Of a DNA stretch of 53,949 nt, positions 17,650 to 24,900 are shown piece after piece; positions within the stretch are counted from its first letter, which is position 1; every line of letters begins with the position of its first letter. Origin of the DNA: an uncultured virus (IMG/VR IMGVR_UViG_3300032330_002160) (taxonomy: Duplodnaviria > Heunggongvirae > Uroviricota > Caudoviricetes); the IMG/VR virus record IMGVR_UViG_3300032330_002160. The stretch is one strand, 5' to 3'. The notes under the pieces were generated by a model. That model searched no databases. It saw only the letters and a list, made by a program, of their open reading frames with translations, and was not told where the DNA came from. Made by a program: the position numbers and the translations under genes.

Positions 17650-18023
17650 TGGATGTGATGAAAAGTCTTGATTTGGCTTCTAGAAAGTATAAAGAGGAAG
17701 AGCAAAATAGACAATTTAATTTAGAAAAAAATTCTAAGTTAAAAATTCAAGAAGTAATTAGCACAAAATTAAGAACTACTTTTATTGGTGCATTAAGTTC
17801 TATAGAAGAAAGTTTTGGCTTTTTGTGGGGGGATGATGAAGATGATAGCAAACTAACACCTACTCAATTAAAGTGGAAAGAAATTTGGGTTGACTGTAGA
17901 ACTAGAATTTTAAATAACGGTAACAGTCAATTAAGAGCAATTAAAAACGAACTTAAAAATTATATTGTGGTTTTGGATCAAGGTAAAAAAATTATCTCTA
18001 AGGAGGATAATAATGGCTACTAA
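17649..18023 (+). CDS. Hypothetical protein
   Basis: TAATG overlap; GGGAGG upstream. Confidence 0.6.
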   Translation: MDVMKSLDLASRKYKEEEQNRQFNLEKNSKLKIQEVISTKLRTTFIGALSSIEESFGFLWGDDEDDSKLTPTQLKWKEIWVDCRTRILNNGNSQLRAIKNELKNYIVVLDQGKKIISKEDNNGY

Positions 18024-18891
18024 TAAGAAGGTTATTGAAGTTGAAATTGCGGGAAAGAAAACTGAATTGGCAGTTGTTCGCCCAAATGCAAAACAAAGGC
18101 AAGAAGGATTAAAATATTACAACAAGGCTTTTAGAGAAGCTTTGGAGAGTGGAGCAATTTTACGCCCCAAAATTGAAAGCGTTATGCGTGAGCAAAAGCT
18201 TTGGGATGATAATAAAGAAAATTCACTAAGGCAATTGCAAAATAAAATTGCTGAAAATGAAAAGAAGCTTAAGTCTGGAGGTATCAAATTATCTGAAGCA
18301 AGAGAAATTGCTATTTCTCTAAGAAAACAAAGGGCGGAAATTCGCACTTTGACATCTGAAAAAATTAATTTAGATAATAATAGTGCAGAAGCTCAAGCTG
18401 ATAATGCTCAGTTTAATTATTATGTTTCTGCTTGTACTGTTTATGGCGACAATGGAAAGCCATATTTTAAATCTTATGACGAATATATGTCTAAAGATGA
18501 TGATCCAGTAGTTTCCAAAGCTGCTTCTGCAATGGCTCAAATTATTTATAATCTTGAAGAAGATTATGATAAAAAGTTGCCAGAAAATGAGTTTTTAGTT
18601 AAATTTAAATTTGCCGATCAAAGTTTGCATTTAATTAATAAACAAGGAAAAAAAATTGACTCAGAAGGTCGATTAGTTGATGATGAGGGTCGATATATTG
18701 ATGAGAATGGTAATTACATTGACATCAATGGCAATAAGATCGACAAAGAAGGCAACTACATTGTTGAGCATACGCCTTTCTTGGATGAAGATGGCAAGCC
18801 ATTAATTGAAGATGAAAATCCTGTTATTCAAAAAGAAGAAAAAACTTTAATTGAAGAAAAGAAAGAATTACAAGAAGATAAGCCGGTGTAA
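18013..18891 (+). CDS. Putative tail assembly chaperone with 7-aa (I/V)DxxG repeats
   Basis: AGGAGG before ATG 18013. Coiled coil plus IDSEGRL/VDDEGRY/IDENGNY repeats; immediately before the TMP. Confidence 0.5.
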   Translation: MATNKKVIEVEIAGKKTELAVVRPNAKQRQEGLKYYNKAFREALESGAILRPKIESVMREQKLWDDNKENSLRQLQNKIAENEKKLKSGGIKLSEAREIAISLRKQRAEIRTLTSEKINLDNNSAEAQADNAQFNYYVSACTVYGDNGKPYFKSYDEYMSKDDDPVVSKAASAMAQIIYNLEEDYDKKLPENEFLVKFKFADQSLHLINKQGKKIDSEGRLVDDEGRYIDENGNYIDINGNKIDKEGNYIVEHTPFLDEDGKPLIEDENPVIQKEEKTLIEEKKELQEDKPV

Positions 18892-18900
18892 TTTATAGTA
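18885..18900 (+). promoter_or_regulatory. GGTGTA motif upstream of the tape measure gene
   Basis: GGTGTAATTTATAGTA, overlapping the preceding stop codon. Confidence 0.5.
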
Positions 18901-18918
18901 CCGGATTGTACTTAGTGG

Positions 18919-18957
18919 ACGGGGTACTACATAACAAAATGTGGGCCCCGTTTTTTT
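18919..18957 (+). terminator. Terminator-like hairpin in the TMP leader
   Basis: ACGGGGTACTACAT-AACAAA-ATGTGGGCCCCGT, running into the T7 at 18951-18957. Confidence 0.6.
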
Positions 18958-18970
18958 ATGGAGTTTTATA

Positions 18971-21900
18971 ATGGCTTATAATGTAACCGCTCAATTAAAT
19001 TTGCAATTAAATCCTCAAAGCATAAATCAAATAGCGCAAGCTTTAAACTCTATAACTAATGGAAGATCTATTGGAGGAAATTTATTTAATACTAATCAAA
19101 TTAGGGATGTAACAAATGAATTAAATAATACCAAAAATGCAATGATGCAATTCGGAGAGCAAGCTGGATTAGCAGCTAAAAGGTTTGGGGCTTTTACATT
19201 AGTTGCTGGAAGTTTAGTGCAAATTACACAAGGCTTTCGCTCAATGATTAGTGAGGCCGTTGCGTTTGATCGAGAAATGGTAAAATTAAAACAAGTTAGT
19301 AATGAAACTGCTGGAAGTGGTGTTGCAGCCATTAGACAAGAAATTGATAGATTATCTACAGGACTTGGTGTTTCTAGTAGTCAGTTAGCTAGAGTTTCAG
19401 TTATATTAAAACAAGCCAACTTAAATTTAGGTGAAACTAAAACAGCTCTTGAAGCTCTTGCATTATCAGCTTTAGCTCCAAACTTTGACTCTATGGAGAA
19501 AACTGCCGAAGGCGCAATTGCTGTATTAAAACAATTTAAAATACCAGTAGAAGAATTAAAATCATCTTTGGGATCTATTAACGCAGTTGCGGGTGAATTC
19601 GCTGTTGAAGCCTCTGACCTTATTGGCGTTATTCAAAGAACAGGTGGTGCATTTAAGGCTGCTGGCGGTAATCTTAATGAGCTCTTGGCCCTCTTTACAT
19701 CTGTTCGTCAAACTACTCGCGAAAGTGCTGAATCTATCTCTACCGGATTAAGAACTATTTTTACTCGTATTCAAAGAACAGGAACCGCCGATGCCCTTAG
19801 AGAAGTTGGTGTTAATCTTCGTTATACTAGAGATGAGGCATTAGCACTTGGAAATGTAAATTTAACTAGCCAGTTTGTTGGAGCGTATGAGGCAGTTAGA
19901 AGGCTTAGTGTAGCATTAAATCAAATTCCTTCAACTAGCCCAAAATTTGCTCAATTAGTTGAAGAACTTGGTGGATATCGTCAAATTTCTAAAGTTATCC
20001 CATTGATTCAAGAATTTTCAATTAGTCAAAACGCACTTAATGTTGCTATTACTGGCGGCTCTTCTCTCATGAATAGCGCAGCTGCTGCGCAAGGAAGTTT
20101 TGGAAATCGCTTAGATAAACTTAAAGAATCTTATTTGCAATTTGGTCGTGCTTTATTAGATAGTTCTTCTTTTAAAACTTTATTTACAATGTTTGAAACT
20201 GGCGCTAAAAGCGCATTAATGTTATTAGAGGCACTTAAGCCTTTACTGCCAATGCTTACTGTTTTTGCAACTATGAAAATAGCTCAAGGTATTGGGTCTT
20301 TTGGTGCTGGTTTTGTTAAAGGAGTTGCTCCAGTCAAGAAAAGTTCTGGTGGATTACTACATTTTAAAAAGGGTGGTATTGTTCCCGGAAGTGGTCATGG
20401 GGATATTGTTCCTGCGATGCTTGAGCCGGGAGAGATGGTTATTCCAAAGAGGATGGTAAAAAAATATTCTTTTGGTGGTCCTCATACTGCTGATATTGAT
20501 GAAGAAGCTTTAAATAATCCCTCTGGATTTCGTTCTTTTATGAAGGGATCCACAACTATTAATCCAAAAACTGGCAAATATAGAAAATTTTTCCACGGAA
20601 CAAAAGGTCAAGATTTTGATTATTTTAGCAATGCTCATGCTAGAAATACTTGGTTTGGTAGAGGTCATTATTTTTCTGCTGATGCAAAAGTTGCAAGTAG
20701 ATATTCTGAAACTGATGCTACGGCTGGCGGTTATGATCCGGGCGCAAGAGTAATGTCTACAACTTTACAAATGAAAAATCCATATACATGGAACTCAGAT
20801 AAATCTTTAAAAGATTTTATGACTAAGGGAGGAAAAAAAATAAAATCAATCAATGGACAATTTGATCAAAAAGATTGGGATGAAATTGTCAAAAAAGGCG
20901 TTCTCCCTGAAGACATTAGCCAAGGAACTTTAGACCATTTAAATAAAATATTTACTAAATTTCCTAGTATTGCTAAAAAATGGAATCAAGCATATAGCGA
21001 AAAAATAGATAAAGATGGAAATAAAATAATAAAAGGAATGTCTCCAGAATCTAAAATGAAATTTGTAGCTCATGGTGCAACTCAAACATTAAAAAAACAA
21101 GGATATGATTCCGTTAATGTCGATTATGGTCTTGGCAAAGATTATTTTAACGCAAGCACAGTTTTTCATCCAAAACAAATTAAAAGTTTGGGCAATGAAG
21201 GTAAGTGGGATCCTTCTTTGAAAGAGATAGGAAAAAATTTAGGTGGATTAATTCAAAAATTTGCTATTGGTGGAGATGTTGATGAATCTAAAATAAATAA
21301 TCCAGAAGGTTTTAGAGCTTTTATGAAAGGATCTAAAAATCTTAATGCTGAAACTGGAAAATATAAAAAGTTTTTTCATGGAACAAGAGGGGATAATTTT
21401 AACACATTTAATAATTCTAAAACTGGCGGAAATTTTTACGGAAAAGCTCATTATTTTACTCAAGATTATGATTCTGCTAGCTCATATTCTGGACAAGATA
21501 CAGTTAGAAATATAGGATCTAGAGTTCTTCCAACAACTTTACAAATGAAAAATCCATATTCATGGGATGAAGATAAATCAATTAATGATTTAGTTACAGC
21601 TGGAGAAGCATTAAAAGCGCGGAATGGAAAATTAGATAGAAGAACATGGAATGAAAGAATTGAAATGGGAGCTTTCCCAGAAGACATTAGCGAAGATACT
21701 TTAAATCATGCAAATAAAATTTTTGCAAGATTTCCAAGTATTGCTCAAGCTTTTAATAAGATGGATACTGCACAACAAAGAAAGTTTTTTTCTCATGTGG
21801 CTAGTAAGGCTTTGCAAAAACAAGGTTTTGATTCTATCAATATTGGAACTGATTATTCGGCAGTTTTTAAATCAAATCAAATTAAAAGCTTATATAATAC

Positions 21901-24900
21901 TGGAACATGGGATTCTAAAAATACAGACATAATGAAAAATTTAGGGGGATATATAGAGAGAAAAAGATTTATGGCCGGTAGTCCGGGCGGAGTACAAAAA
22001 ATAGCACCGCCTGTTCCTTCTAAATCTATAACAAAAGGAAGGGCATTAAGATCTATTTCTAATTTAGAAAATATTGCTAGCAATACAAAAATTTTAAATG
22101 GCGATGAAAAAGAAATTTTTCCCGCCAAATATCAGTTTAAAGCTCCTATCAATATGGTAAAACTATACATTTCACCTCAAAAAAAAGCAGGTTTAGCAAA
22201 AGGTGGAAGAGGATGGGAAAAATATATTGCAAAAACATTGGGTTATGAATTAGTGAATATTGATGAGAGTAAATTTCCTTATGACTTAAAAAAGAGTGAG
22301 GGGTATTATGCTGATGCAAAAGATATGGATTATAATTCGGCCATGGTAATAGAAGGAAGAAAAAAAGCGTTAAATATGTTATTGCTTAATAATTTTAAGA
22401 AATATGGATATAGGTATTCAGATATAAAGAAACAAACAATACAATTGCCAAAAAATCAACTTAGCGCACAATTAAATAACACAGAATTAAAAGTTGGTGG
22501 AACAGGAATCATCACAGCCAATGAATCAGATTTAATTTTTCCAACAACAAACCCAAATCCATCATTTCAAAAAAAAGCCTCAGGCGGATTCATTGTTCCC
22601 GGCGTTGGCGATACCGATTCTGTCCCTATGGACCTGCCTGTCGGTAGTTATGTTATCAAAAAATCTTCTACTAAAAAAATGGGTTTTGCGAATGGCGGTG
22701 TTGTTCCTGCTATTTTAACTCCGGGTGAATTAGTTATTGATCCAAAAACTGCTTCTGGCATTGGGCGAGCGAAGCTCGACCATATGAATAGAACTGGTCG
22801 TTCTGCTTTTGGCAAAGGTGGTAGAGTTGGATTTGCTTGGGGGGGAGGAACTGGAACTGGAAGTAGTGGAAATCCCATTAATGATCTTTTATCTTTTTCA
22901 GCATTTGATCAAATGGATTCTGGAATGAGATTAGCTGCTGAAAATCTTGCTAAATTAGCTTTAAGGACAGGATTAGCTAGTGATGTTCAAGAAAGTTATA
23001 ATGTAGCAATAAAGCAATTAAAAGATGTAACTGATAAAGTCATTAAAGAAAGAGAGCAATTAGCTTTTTTAGAATCTATGGGAGCTCAAGGTACAGCAGC
23101 ATATACACAACAAAAACTTAAATTAGCACAAGCAGAACAACAAGCAAATAATATTTTAAATAGAGCTAATCAAGCAAGAGTTCAAGATCAACCAGATCAA
23201 TTAGCAACAATTAGATCTAAAAAAGAATTACAAGATGCTGGCATTAGTCCAACTTCACAAGATTCTATAGATATGGCAGTTACTAGTACTGTTATAGCAA
23301 GAAAAAGAGGCGAAATAGAAAAAGAATATATGGAATCTGTAATGCTGCAAATAAAAGCAGCACATCCAAATTTGCAAGCGGATGAACAATTAGCTTTAGC
23401 AAAAAAAATGTATGAAGAAGCTTTAGTTAAAGGAACTATGGCGGTTAACTCTCAAACTGGTGCAATAGAAGGTGATACTAGATATAAAGCAAAAGGATTT
23501 GATGCTGCAAATTTATTACAACAAGAACAAAATGCTAATAAACCAAAAAAAGAATCCTTATTACGCAGAGGAATTTCGGCTGTTAAAGATCAGTGGAATA
23601 ATAATCCAGAAATGAAATCTATGGTAATGGGTGCTGGATTAAGTTATTTAGGTGAAGGTTTTGATAGATTAGCTGGAGATGCAAAAACTGCAAATGAATC
23701 AGGAACTACTAGTTCTTACATTTCATCAAAAGGAGCAGCTGGAAGTTTGCAAGGCGCATCTATGGGAATGCAAATGGGTTCTGTTCTTGGTCCTTATGGT
23801 ATGCTTGGAGGAGCAGTTCTTGGTGGGGCAGCTGGTTATTTAAGCTCTAGTAATACAGCCGAAAAAGAATTAAAAGATGCAAAAGCTTCTGAATCTCAAA
23901 GTAAACTTGAAGAAAAATTAAATAGTATCATAAAAAATCCAAAAGAAAAAGTAGATATGGCACTTATATCTGCTGCAATCAATGAAAATGCTCAAAATGC
24001 TAAGTCTTCAGCTGGACATATGACTATATCAGATAGTCTTGGATTTGGCAGAAGCAAATTAGACATACAACAAGATGTATTTCAAGCGTCAAGAGAAGCT
24101 AAACAAAAAACTGCTGGTCAAACAAGTTCAATTGTTACTTCTCAATTGTCTAAACAAATGATGTCTTCAACAACAGGAAAAGAAACAGATGCTCAACTTT
24201 ACGCATTAGGAACTGCTGCCGTAGAAGCATCAAGCGATTTTGAAAGTTTAGTAGAAGCTTCTAGACAAGTAGGAGAAAGTTTTGCAAAAGCAAGAGAAAG
24301 AATTGTTAAAGATGCAGCGAGTATGGCTAGGGCTGAAGCTGCTAAAAAAGCAGGACTTGAGTTAGAAAAAACTATAGGAAGATCTAATACGTTTTTGAAA
24401 ACTTTTGCCGACAATTTAGAAGGTGCTTCTGTAAGAGTGCAAAAATCTTTTTCTCAATTTGATAGCATAATGGCATCTTTAGATTCCGGATCTAGACAGA
24501 TGCAAAGTTACGAATTAGAAAAAAATGCTAAAGTTTTTAGTAACCCTACAGCTTATTCAAGTTCAGAATTTAAATCTACTATCGAATCAACATTTAGTAA
24601 TTATAGTCCAGATTTAACTCAAGGTCTTGCCAATCAATATGGGCCTATGGCTGATATTGGAAATAAATTACCTCAAATTTTAGCTGATTCTGTTAATGAT
24701 GCAAATCCTATAGAAGCGGTTGAAAGAAAATTATCTGAAATGGTTGGCGGAAAAGATGATCCAAATGTTAAAGCAATAATAAATAGTTTAACTGCAAAAT
24801 TAGGAGGAAAAGATAGTCTTAAAGATATTTCTGGCGATACAAGTAAATTAGCTGAAGAATTAATGAAGCCTATAATGGATCCAATGGCAAATTATGGGGC

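Noticed and set aside
13278..18891. Contractile tail sheath gene
   Set aside because: No ORF with sheath size or motifs lies next to the tube gene. The tail type is probably non-contractile but is not proven from this window.
20336..22850. Intein or intron explaining the TMP insert
   Set aside because: No C/S...HN-C/S/T splice motifs or LAGLIDADG blocks were seen, and the frame is uninterrupted.
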